53,937 nucleotides of DNA from Coriobacteriia bacterium. Lineage in GTDB: Bacteria > Actinomycetota > Coriobacteriia > Anaerosomatales > Anaerosomataceae. How positions within the stretch are numbered: the stretch's first letter is position 1; the number at the start of each line of letters is the position of its first letter. Made by a program: the position numbers and the translations under genes. Below the pieces are notes generated by a model. It saw only the letters and a program-made list of their open reading frames with translations. It ran no database searches and was not told the origin of the DNA. The DNA is taken from contig JAOAFY010000003.1 of the NCBI GenBank assembly GCA_026416035.1, positions 1 to 53,937 on the forward strand, written 5' to 3'. Of this stretch, positions 46,110-53,937 are shown piece by piece.

Positions 46110-46583
46110 CTAGGCCTCCCCAAGACGTTCGACCGCAACCGTGTCACCGACGCGCACCGTACCACCACGCCTGACCACTGCGAAGATGCCCTCCCGGGGC
46201 ATCACGCAGTCGCCTGCCTGGTAGAAGATCGCGCACTTCGTGTGGCAGACCTTCCCGATCTGGCTCACTTCGAGCACCGCGTCCTCGCCGATCCGGAGAA
46301 CCGTTCCCACCGGAAGTGAAACCAGGTCGATGCCCTCAGTCGTGATGTTCTCCGCAAAGTCGCCGGCATCCACGTCCAAGCCTTTGGCCCGCATGTAGTC
46401 GATCGACTCCCGGGCAAGCAGGCTCACTTGGCGGTGCCAGTCGCCTGCGTGCGCATCGCCTTCGAAGCCGTGGCCTTCACGCAGCACGCCTTCTTCTCCC
46501 CGCGACTTACGGACCGTCTTGCGTTCCGAGAGGTTGACTGAGACGACGGTCCCTCTGGGGAGCGCATGTGCCGTCTCGCTCAC
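46110..46583 (-). CDS. Stand-alone MOSC-domain protein
   Basis: [49 protein letters not shown]; GTG start overlaps the moaC stop. Confidence 0.92.
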   Translation of the reverse strand: MSETAHALPRGTVVSVNLSERKTVRKSRGEEGVLREGHGFEGDAHAGDWHRQVSLLARESIDYMRAKGLDVDAGDFAENITTEGIDLVSLPVGTVLRIGEDAVLEVSQIGKVCHTKCAIFYQAGDCVMPREGIFAVVRRGGTVRVGDTVAVERLGEA

Positions 46584-47065
46584 CTCGACTCCTCTCTGAC
46601 GAAGCGGCCGGATGCGCCGCCTTCCTTCTCCAGAAGCATGACGTCCGTGACGACCATGCTGCGGTCGACGGCCTTGCACATGTCGTACACCGTGAGCCCC
46701 GCGACGGCGGCCGCCGTCAGCGCTTCCATCTCGACGCCTGTCTTGCCGTCCGTCTCGGCGGTCGCAGTGATGACGATGGCAGAGTACTCGGGCTCGAGGT
46801 CGACTGCGACGTGCGTCAGCGACAGCGGGTGGCACATCGGGATGAGGGCCGCAGTCTGCTTGGCCGCCATGATGCCCGCTATCCTCGCCGTGGCCAGCAC
46901 GTCGCCCTTCGGAGCCGTGCCGCCGAGGATCATCTCCAGGGTCGAGGGCTCCATCAACACCTTCGCCTGTGCGACTGCCCGTCTGTGCGTCACCGGCTTG
47001 CCGGACACATCCACCATGCGCGCCGCTCCGCGCTCGTCGATGTGCGTGAGCTTCTTGTCTTCCAT
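46580..47065 (-). CDS. moaC: Cyclic pyranopterin monophosphate synthase MoaC
   Basis: [47 protein letters not shown]. Confidence 0.96.
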   Translation of the reverse strand: MEDKKLTHIDERGAARMVDVSGKPVTHRRAVAQAKVLMEPSTLEMILGGTAPKGDVLATARIAGIMAAKQTAALIPMCHPLSLTHVAVDLEPEYSAIVITATAETDGKTGVEMEALTAAAVAGLTVYDMCKAVDRSMVVTDVMLLEKEGGASGRFVREESR

Positions 47066-47066
47066 C

Positions 47067-48092
47067 TCACCCTCCGATCTGCGACATGCGCCGGATGGTG
47101 CCGACGCGCATGTTGTGGTGCTCTGGCTTCGCAGCCAGCGCACGCTCGATCAGCGCCCGCACTGCGTCGTCGTCGCCGGTACGCAGAACGCTGCGGGCAT
47201 CCAGCTCGTCGTCCGAGAACAGACAGGTGCGAAGCCGGCCGTCCGCCGTCAGACGCAGACGGTTGCACTCACCGCAGAAGTGGTGCGAGAGCGGCGAGAT
47301 GACGCCGAGCGTGCCCGCCGCGCCGTCGAACCGATAGTACCGCGCAGGCCCCCATCCGCCGGGCGCCTCCTCGCGGGAGACCGCCTTCAGCTCGCCGAAT
47401 CCCGCTGCAGCACCCTCTGCGGCGAGGCGTGCAAGGATCTCGTCCGAGGGAACCTCGTCTTCGATCGTCCAGCCGTCTGCCTCCGCGCCGCCGCACACGG
47501 TCCCATCGTCCGCACCGCCGACGGGCATGTATTCGATGAACCGCACGTGGACGGGCCGCTCGAACGTCATCCGAGCGAAAGCCGCGAGGTCCTGATGCAA
47601 GCGCCGCACGACCACGACGTTGAGCTTCACCGGATCCATGCCGGCATCGAACGCCGCGTCAAGCCCTGCGAGCACCTCCGACAGCCGGCCCCCTCGGGTG
47701 ATGCGGGCGAAGACGTCGGGGTCGAGGGTGTCGAGCGAGACGTTCACCCGTCGGAGCCCCGCAGCGGCGAGTTCGTGCGCGTAGCGCGCAAGGAGCGTGC
47801 CGTTGGTCGTGAGCGCAATCGCCTCGATGCCAGTGACCTCCAGCAGGCGCCGCACGTGGCCGACCAAACCTCGCCTGACGAGCGGCTCGCCCCCCGTCAG
47901 CCTGATCTTCGAGATTCCCTGCCCTGCCGCAACGGCAGCGAACCGCTCGATCTCCTCGTACGTGAGCAGCTCGTCGTGAGGCTTCCAGGCGACGCCGCCT
48001 TCCGGCATGCAGTACACGCACCGCAGGTTGCACCGGTCCGTGACCGAGATGCGCAGGTAGTCGATCCGTCTGCCGAAGGAGTCAGTCGCCAT
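47067..48092 (-). CDS. moaA: GTP 3',8-cyclase MoaA
   Basis: [50 protein letters not shown]-terminal MSQIGG. Confidence 0.97.
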   Translation of the reverse strand: MATDSFGRRIDYLRISVTDRCNLRCVYCMPEGGVAWKPHDELLTYEEIERFAAVAAGQGISKIRLTGGEPLVRRGLVGHVRRLLEVTGIEAIALTTNGTLLARYAHELAAAGLRRVNVSLDTLDPDVFARITRGGRLSEVLAGLDAAFDAGMDPVKLNVVVVRRLHQDLAAFARMTFERPVHVRFIEYMPVGGADDGTVCGGAEADGWTIEDEVPSDEILARLAAEGAAAGFGELKAVSREEAPGGWGPARYYRFDGAAGTLGVISPLSHHFCGECNRLRLTADGRLRTCLFSDDELDARSVLRTGDDDAVRALIERALAAKPEHHNMRVGTIRRMSQIGG

Positions 48093-48612
48093 CTCGGACT
48101 CCTCGGAGGAACTCGCGCTCGACGAAGTCGGCGAGAGCGACGCGGTCGCCGAGCGAGAAGCGCGGCACGCCTGGCGCGTCGATGCCTTCATCGTCGGTCA
48201 CGATAGCGACGAGCTCGGACGGGGCGCTGATGAGCTCGCGCGAACGCGCGCGCCGCACGACCTCGATACGCACGCGCGCCGTGCGCTTGAAGCCCTCGGT
48301 CACGAGGAGGTCGCATCCTGCACGCTCGGCCTCCGCCGCGATATCGTCGAGCGAGAGCTCCTCCTCGAGGCGCCGAATCGTCACCAGCTGCGAGGGCGAC
48401 GCGACCATCACGACGCGCGCCCCGGCGCGTGCGTGACGCCACGAGTCCTTGCCCGCCACGTCGATGTCGACTTCGTGTGCGTGATGCTTGCATGTGGCGA
48501 CCACGTACCCGCGCGCAGCGAGCTCGGCGACCACGCCTTCGAGCACGGTGGTCTTGCCGACATCGCTCTTGCCGACGATCGACACGACCGGTATGCCTGG
48601 TGCGCTGCTCAC
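48082..48612 (-). CDS. mobB: Molybdopterin-guanine dinucleotide biosynthesis protein MobB
   Basis: GKSDVGKTT, KHHAHEVDID..GKDSWRH, LVTEGFK. Confidence 0.92.
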   Translation of the reverse strand: MSSAPGIPVVSIVGKSDVGKTTVLEGVVAELAARGYVVATCKHHAHEVDIDVAGKDSWRHARAGARVVMVASPSQLVTIRRLEEELSLDDIAAEAERAGCDLLVTEGFKRTARVRIEVVRRARSRELISAPSELVAIVTDDEGIDAPGVPRFSLGDRVALADFVEREFLRGVRDGD

Positions 48613-48613
48613 C

Positions 48614-48835
48614 TCAGAAGCACCCGAGGTCGCAGTTGACGACCTTCGCGCCCACCATGTCCGCGGCAGCCCCGGCGACCTTGTACGGCACGCCGAAGTC
48701 CTCTGCCAGCTTGCGCAGCACCGGGCAGGTGATGCGACCGTCGGCGGCCTTCTCGCGCACCGCAGCTTCAAGCTCCGGCGTCACCCGTTCCGCCCAGCGC
48801 GGATCGATCTGCTTCGCTCCTTTGTCGGTGCTCAT
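48614..48835 (-). CDS. Small conserved Cys-motif protein ending in CDLGCF
   Basis: 73 aa, ITCP...LAE..GV....AG..AD..G.KV..CDLGCF; ATG overlaps the moeA stop (ATGA). Confidence 0.85.
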   Translation of the reverse strand: MSTDKGAKQIDPRWAERVTPELEAAVREKAADGRITCPVLRKLAEDFGVPYKVAGAAADMVGAKVVNCDLGCF

Positions 48836-50061
48836 GGCGTCCCTTCCTCCATGTCGAGACGGATGCACTCCACCACGCTTCCCTGCTCGAATCGCGACTC
48901 GCCCTCCGGAAGCACCAGCAGTGCGTTCGCACGATGCATCGAGGTGAGCATCGCGGACGACTGCGCGCCAGACAGGCGCGCCACGTACCCGCCCTTCCCG
49001 TCCCGTTCGACCCGGGCACGCAGGAAGTACCGGCGGTCCGGCTTCTTGTGCACGTCGTGGGCGAGCGTCACAGGATGGCGGGGGCGGTCGAGCGCCGTGT
49101 GTCCAGCCATCTTCCGCACGACCGGCCGCACGAACAGTTCGAAGCCCACCATCGTCGAGGTGGGATTCCCCGGCAGGCCGAAGAACGGCGTCGTGCCGAT
49201 GCGCCCGTGAGTCTGCGGTGCACCGGGACGCATCGCCACCTTCCAGAAGTCCATCTCGCCCAGGCGCTCGAGCACGCCCTTGACGACGTCGTAGTCGCCC
49301 ATGCTCACGCCGCCGGTGGTCACCATCAGGTCGAACTCCGGCGCCCGGGACAACAGCGCCTCGGTCGCGGCCGCATCATCGCGCGCGACGCCGAGCACGT
49401 GCGGCTCGCCGCCCGCAGCGATCACCTGCGCCGACAGCGAGTACGAGTTCGAGTTGCGGATCTTGCCCGGCCCGGGCTTCTCACCCACGTCTACCAGCTC
49501 GTCGCCGGTGGCGACGATTGCAACGCGCGGCTTCCGGTACACGAGCGGCTCGGAGCAGCCGACCGACGCCAGCAGCCCGACGGCGGCTGGCCCCACGACC
49601 TCGCCAGCGGACAGCACGACCTCGCCTGCGCGAACGTCCTCGCCCTTGCGCCTCACGTTCTCGCCCGGCCGCACCGCAGCGAAGATGACCGCCGTCGCTC
49701 CCCCGTCCTCCGCCCGCGTCCGCTCGACCATCACGACCGCATCCGCGCCGTCCGGGATCGGGGCGCCCGTCATGATGCGCGCTGCCTGACCAGGGCCGAT
49801 CTCACGCGAGGGGAAGACCCCTGCCGGCACGTGCTCGACCACCTCGAGCCGGACGGGCGTCGCCTCGCTCGCGTCGTGCACGTCAGCGGCTCGAACCGCG
49901 TAACCATCCATGGCCGAGTTGTCGAACGGCGCGACGTCGATGTCCGACACCACGTTCTCGGCAAGCACGCGACCGAGCGCCTCGACCAGCCCGACGCGTT
50001 CGGTCCCGAGGGGCACGATGCCGGCGAGCACGCGCTCGCGAGCCTCATCGACCGTGATCAT
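48832..50061 (-). CDS. moeA: Molybdopterin molybdo/tungsto-transferase MoeA
   Basis: PFDNSAMDGYA, RIMTGAPIP, TGDEL, NSNS, TTGGVSMGDYD, PGNP, SSAML; ATG 50061 overlaps the mobA-fdhD stop. Confidence 0.96.
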   Translation of the reverse strand: MITVDEARERVLAGIVPLGTERVGLVEALGRVLAENVVSDIDVAPFDNSAMDGYAVRAADVHDASEATPVRLEVVEHVPAGVFPSREIGPGQAARIMTGAPIPDGADAVVMVERTRAEDGGATAVIFAAVRPGENVRRKGEDVRAGEVVLSAGEVVGPAAVGLLASVGCSEPLVYRKPRVAIVATGDELVDVGEKPGPGKIRNSNSYSLSAQVIAAGGEPHVLGVARDDAAATEALLSRAPEFDLMVTTGGVSMGDYDVVKGVLERLGEMDFWKVAMRPGAPQTHGRIGTTPFFGLPGNPTSTMVGFELFVRPVVRKMAGHTALDRPRHPVTLAHDVHKKPDRRYFLRARVERDGKGGYVARLSGAQSSAMLTSMHRANALLVLPEGESRFEQGSVVECIRLDMEEGTP

Positions 50062-51464
50062 CTGGCATCCCGCCCTTCGACGACGCGATACGGGTTCGTG
50101 TACACGACCAACTTGCCTCCCCGCGCGTAGCCCACGAGTGTGAGCCCCACCGCTTCCGCGACGTCGGCGGCGAGGTCGGTCACCGCCGTGCGCGACACCA
50201 CCACGGGCACCTTCGCTTTTGCCGCCTTCACCGCCATCTCGTAGGAGATGCGCCCGGTCGTGAGCAGCACCGCGCCTTCGGTGCTCACGCGGTCGAGCCA
50301 CGCCCTGCCGAGCACCTTGTCGACCGCGTTGTGACGCCCCACGTCCTCTCGCACCAGCAGGACCCGCCCCTCTCGCGCGAGTGCGCACGCATGCACGCCG
50401 CCCGTGTCGCGATACAGCGCTGCTCCACGCGCCATCTGCCCGACGAGGTCGTACAGCTCGTCAGCAGTCACCACGGTACCGTCTGTCACCGCCTCCAGCC
50501 CGAGGGTGTGGCCGAGCGACGCGAAGGTCACCCCCTTGCCGCAGCCGGCGGTGATGTAGCGGCGCCGGTACACGAGGTCCTCGGGGACCGCTTCCGCGCT
50601 GCGGACGTAGACGAGTCCTCGCTTGTGATCGACGTCGATGCCCTGCAAAGCGTCCCGAACAGCGAGCAGCCCCTCGGAGACGAGGAATCCGACCGCCAGC
50701 TCCTCCAAATCCGCAGGCGTGGCCTGCACGGTCGCGATCTCGGCATCATTCATGTTGATCGTGACGGCCCGCTCGGCAGGCATGCGGCGGCCGCGTCGCG
50801 TCCCCACCTCGATCACGGCCGCGGGCGAGGTCGCCTGCAGCTCCTCGTGAGCTGACTCGCGCACCTCAGCGAGGTCCTCCGGCGTGTTCACATTCACGAA
50901 GCTCAGCAGGCCCGGGTCGACGGCGCGCAGCGTCTCGGCGTCGACCTCCCGAACGGCGAGGGCCGGGAACATGGCAACGAGGCGCCGCCGACCAGTCTCG
51001 AGCACGCGGCGGGCGTGCGGGAGGCAATCACGGTGGTACAGGGCGAGCAGCGGCTCCACGCCCTTCTCGGTGCGCGGGACCACGACCTGTGCGCCCTCGC
51101 GCGCGTCCCACAGGGCGCGCACGACCTCAGGGTTGAGCCACGGCATGTCGGCGGCGAGCGCGAGCACCCACTCGTCGGGAGCGTTCTTCAAGGCGGTGGC
51201 AAGCCCGCCGAGCGGTCCCTGGTACGCGACCTCGTCGATCCACACCTCCACGCCGGCAGGCAGCCCCGCGTCTGCCAGAGCCTCGGGACGGTTCGTGACG
51301 ACGGCGACGCGCTCGCACACCGCCGCAGCGGCTTCGGCGACCCGTGAGATCAGCGGCTCGCCGTCCACGAGCAGCAGCGTCTTGTCGACCCCCATGCGCA
51401 TCGAACGACCGCCGGCCAGCACTGCCGCGGTGGCCGGGATCCTCGCTTCTGACGCTCCCATCAT
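50058..51464 (-). CDS. MobA-FdhD fusion (Moco guanylyltransferase + formate dehydrogenase sulfurtransferase)
   Basis: N-half LAGGRSMRMGVDK, GPLGG, ADMP, EPLLALY, NVNTPED; C-half TPADLEELAVGFL.SEG, TAGCG, TGGVHA, EDVGRHNAVDKVLG, TGRISYEM; one continuous frame. Confidence 0.92.
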   Translation of the reverse strand: MMGASEARIPATAAVLAGGRSMRMGVDKTLLLVDGEPLISRVAEAAAAVCERVAVVTNRPEALADAGLPAGVEVWIDEVAYQGPLGGLATALKNAPDEWVLALAADMPWLNPEVVRALWDAREGAQVVVPRTEKGVEPLLALYHRDCLPHARRVLETGRRRLVAMFPALAVREVDAETLRAVDPGLLSFVNVNTPEDLAEVRESAHEELQATSPAAVIEVGTRRGRRMPAERAVTINMNDAEIATVQATPADLEELAVGFLVSEGLLAVRDALQGIDVDHKRGLVYVRSAEAVPEDLVYRRRYITAGCGKGVTFASLGHTLGLEAVTDGTVVTADELYDLVGQMARGAALYRDTGGVHACALAREGRVLLVREDVGRHNAVDKVLGRAWLDRVSTEGAVLLTTGRISYEMAVKAAKAKVPVVVSRTAVTDLAADVAEAVGLTLVGYARGGKLVVYTNPYRVVEGRDAR

Positions 51465-52570
51465 CCCGATGCCCCTTCGTGCGACGACGGCTCTTCCGCG
51501 ACGCGGACCGCCGTGGCCTTGAAGACTGCCAGCACCTCAGCACCCGGCGCAAGCCTGAGCTCCCGCGCCGCTGCCCTGGACACGCGCGCTGCAATCCGGA
51601 CGCCGGCGCACTCAAGGATCGCCCGGAACGTCACCCCCGCTGGCTCCAGCTCGCGCACTACGCAGGCAAGCCTGTTGCGCGCCGAGCTCGCAGGGACGTT
51701 CGCGCCCGCCTCGAACAGCACGACGTCTTCGGGACGGACCCCGAGGCGCACTCGCGCGCCCGGCTCGACCGGAGCGACGGCGAAGAGATCGACGCCCTCG
51801 CACACGATGCGCGCCACGCCTTCTTCGACCTCCGCGACGACCCCCGCCACTGGCGCCTCCAGCCCGAGGAAGCCGGCGGCCCACGGATCGCCGGGCACGA
51901 GGAACACGTCGTCCGCCGGCCCGCTCGCGACGATGCGTCCCTCTCGCATCACGGCGACGTCGTCGGCGACGAGCGCGGCTTCGTCGTGGTCGTGCGTGAC
52001 CCACAGCACCGTCATGCCGTCCTCGTGCAGCAGCCGCGCGAAGTCCTGCGCAAGACGCAGCTTGACGACCGGGTCGAGGGACGCGAGCGGTTCGTCCAGC
52101 AGCAGCACGCGCGGCCGCACGGCGAGCGCCCGAGCCAGCGCAACCCGCTGCGCCTCCCCACCCGAGAGCGCAAGCGCCGAGCGGTCTTCCCATCCGCCAA
52201 GGCCGACCCGTTCGAGCGCCTCGGCCACGCGGCATCGCCAATCCGCGGTCGGAAGCCCCCTGAGCGCGAGCCCGTATCCGACGTTCTCGCCGACGGTACC
52301 CTTGAACAGCCAGGGGCGCTGGAACGCAGCCGCGATCTGCAGACGGGCCTTCCGATCGCCCGCGCTGACCTCGCGGCCGTCGAACACGATGCGGCCCGCA
52401 TCAGGCCGCTCCAGGAGCCCGAGCACCGCGAGGAGCGTCGACTTGCCTGCGCCGGAGGGGCCGAGCAGCGCCACCGTCCGGCCGGCTTCGAGCGCAAGCC
52501 GGTCGACTGCGAGCACTTCTCGCCGCCGGTAGGACTTCCGGATGCCTTGCGCTTCGAGCACCGCGCTCAT
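51461..52570 (-). CDS. tupC: Tungstate/molybdate ABC transporter ATPase with TOBE domains
   Basis: GPSGAGKST, LSGGEAQR, LLLDEP, VTHD, C-terminal TOBE; ATG 52570 overlaps the permease stop. Confidence 0.88.
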   Translation of the reverse strand: MSAVLEAQGIRKSYRRREVLAVDRLALEAGRTVALLGPSGAGKSTLLAVLGLLERPDAGRIVFDGREVSAGDRKARLQIAAAFQRPWLFKGTVGENVGYGLALRGLPTADWRCRVAEALERVGLGGWEDRSALALSGGEAQRVALARALAVRPRVLLLDEPLASLDPVVKLRLAQDFARLLHEDGMTVLWVTHDHDEAALVADDVAVMREGRIVASGPADDVFLVPGDPWAAGFLGLEAPVAGVVAEVEEGVARIVCEGVDLFAVAPVEPGARVRLGVRPEDVVLFEAGANVPASSARNRLACVVRELEPAGVTFRAILECAGVRIAARVSRAAARELRLAPGAEVLAVFKATAVRVAEEPSSHEGASG

Positions 52571-53274
52571 GATCGCTCGAACCTCTCGGCAGAACGCTGG
52601 ACGCGCGCCAGCACAGCGTTGACCGCTACGACCAGGGCGAGCAGCACCGCCGAGAGCGCGAGCGCCGGTCCGTAACGGCCCATGCGCGTGTACTGCACGA
52701 TCGCCGTGGTCATCACGCGAGTCGAACCCTCGAGGTTGCCGCCGACCATCATGACGGCTCCGACCTCGGAGATCACCGCGCCGAAGCCCGCAGCGACGGC
52801 GGCGACCACACCCATGCGCGCCTCCTTGAGGACCAAGACCGCCTCGTGCCATCGCGATGCCCCGAGCGAACGGGCCTGCAGCCGCAGCTCGACCGGAACC
52901 GATGCGACCGCCGTGGCCGTGACGGCCGCCACCACCGGCATGGCGATGACCGCCTGGGCGATGACCATCGCCGGACGCGTGTAGAGCAAGCCGAGCGATC
53001 CGAGGGGTCCACGGCGCGACAGAAGCATCGCCACCACCAGGCCGACCACCACCGGCGGCAGACCCATCCCCGCGTTCGCCAGAACCAGGAAGACGTTCCG
53101 GGCGGCCCCGCGACGCATGCCCAGGTACAGACCAGCAGGGACACCGAGCACGAGCGCGACCGCGACCGCCGCGCCCGACACGCGAAGCGAGGTCGCCACT
53201 ACCTCCCACACGTCGACGCCGCCCGATGCAAGCGCCTGCACGCCCTCGCCGATCGCATCCAAGAACAGGTTCAC
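52567..53274 (-). CDS. tupB: Tungstate ABC transporter permease
   Basis: SLRVSG, MGLPPVVVGL, LSRRGPLG, LLYT..AMVIAQ, FGAVISEVGAVMMVGGN, TRVMTTAI. Confidence 0.9.
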   Translation of the reverse strand: MNLFLDAIGEGVQALASGGVDVWEVVATSLRVSGAAVAVALVLGVPAGLYLGMRRGAARNVFLVLANAGMGLPPVVVGLVVAMLLSRRGPLGSLGLLYTRPAMVIAQAVIAMPVVAAVTATAVASVPVELRLQARSLGASRWHEAVLVLKEARMGVVAAVAAGFGAVISEVGAVMMVGGNLEGSTRVMTTAIVQYTRMGRYGPALALSAVLLALVVAVNAVLARVQRSAERFERS

Positions 53275-53937
53275 GACCCGCCCCCTTCGGCATCCGGCAC
53301 GAACAGCGGTGCGCCGAATCGGTCGACTCCGAACCTGCCGATGAGCCGCTGGCCTTGCGGGCCGCATATCCACTCGACGAAGTCCCGTGCCCCGCGCTCG
53401 TTGCGCGCCCCCGCGACGGGGATGACCCCGTACTGGTTTCGCAGGGCCGGATCGCCCGAGAAGAGCACCGCCAGGTCGAGGGCGTCGCGCATCGCGGCGA
53501 ACGTCGCTTCGTCCGTCAGGGCGTACGCCTGCTTCTCTGACGCGATCTTGAGCGTCTCGCCCATGCCCTGTCCCGTGATGAGGTACCAGTCCCCCGCAGG
53601 CTCGCCCCCAGCCGCGGCCCACACCGCCCGCTCCTTCGCGTGCGTCCCTGAGCCGTCGCCCCGTGAGACGAACGCCAAGCGTGCGTCGCGGATGCGCTTG
53701 AACGCTTCTGCAGCCGACCGCGCCTGGCGGGTCCTGGCCGGGTCGTCTTGAGGGCCGACGATCACGAAGCGGTTGTAGCAGACCTGGCGTCGCTCCAGCC
53801 CGTGACCGTCTGCGACGAACGCGGCCTCCTGGTCCGGCGCGTGCACCAGCAAGACGTCGGCGTCCTTCTGACGGCCGAGGCGAAGCGCCTCGCCCGTACC
53901 GACGGCGACCACCTCGACCGACCACGCAGGATACGCC
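53271..53937 (-). CDS. tupA: Tungstate-binding protein TupA, 5' truncated by window edge
   Basis: VAVGTGEAL..DADVLLVHAP, YNRFVIVGP..DPA, FVSRGDGSGTH.KE, GQGMGETL, Y.LTDEATF, L.NQYGV. Confidence 0.9.
   Translation of the reverse strand, partial: AYPAWSVEVVAVGTGEALRLGRQKDADVLLVHAPDQEAAFVADGHGLERRQVCYNRFVIVGPQDDPARTRQARSAAEAFKRIRDARLAFVSRGDGSGTHAKERAVWAAAGGEPAGDWYLITGQGMGETLKIASEKQAYALTDEATFAAMRDALDLAVLFSGDPALRNQYGVIPVAGARNERGARDFVEWICGPQGQRLIGRFGVDRFGAPLFVPDAEGGGS

Noticed and set aside
44221-53937. Further in-frame UGA/Sec codons in the cofactor operon
   Set aside because: The TGA stops I examined overlap or closely abut the next start and end proteins at expected family lengths; no readthrough case seen.
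1-53937. CRISPR arrays, IS elements, prophage, rRNA
   Set aside because: No regularly spaced repeats, transposase, integrase, phage or rRNA signatures seen; nearly all sequence is explained by the listed genes.

Overview
High-GC, gene-dense chromosomal segment from an anaerobic bacterium, most likely a deep-branching actinomycete such as Coriobacteriia (inferred from gene content, not verified). Bases 1-11 look like a Nextera/Tn5 adapter remnant, so the left edge is probably a contig end. Left to right: (i) housekeeping block gltX(partial)-ispF-ispD-PIN/TRAM-disA-radA-clpC-lysS-greA-tatA-rex with a site-2 protease, MTA phosphorylase, YhaM-like HD protein and SAM hydrolase; (ii) tRNA-Pro(CGG) and a membrane-anchored 24-heme cytochrome c (NapC/NirT-like head plus three tandem hexaheme modules, 3 CX3CH sites); (iii) an orphan MCP divergent from a two-gene operon behind a CsoR/RcnR-like palindrome, encoding a small 4Fe-4S protein and a hidden thioredoxin-fold protein with an in-frame UGA (C-x4-U) followed by a well-formed bacterial SECIS-like hairpin, i.e. 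a candidate selenoprotein only partly called by the ORF track; (iv) cell-envelope genes, an ECF sigma/anti-sigma unit, a B12 radical SAM enzyme and PilT; (v) a full che cluster (cheR-mcp-cheW-cheY-cheB-cheA-cheC-cheD) running into a Rossmann-GAF-GGDEF diguanylate cyclase; (vi) a tungstate/molybdopterin cofactor operon (tupABC, mobA-fdhD fusion, moeA, small CxLGCF protein, mobB, moaA, moaC, MOSC, mogA, cysteine desulfurase, DUF3343) with no moaD/moaE in the visible part. Top leads: the selenoprotein operon, the 24-heme wire, a possible MoaDE-independent sulfur/selenium route to the W/Mo cofactor, and a 19-bp Rex-like operator shared by rex and the cytochrome. All calls are by eye from motifs; no database searches were run.
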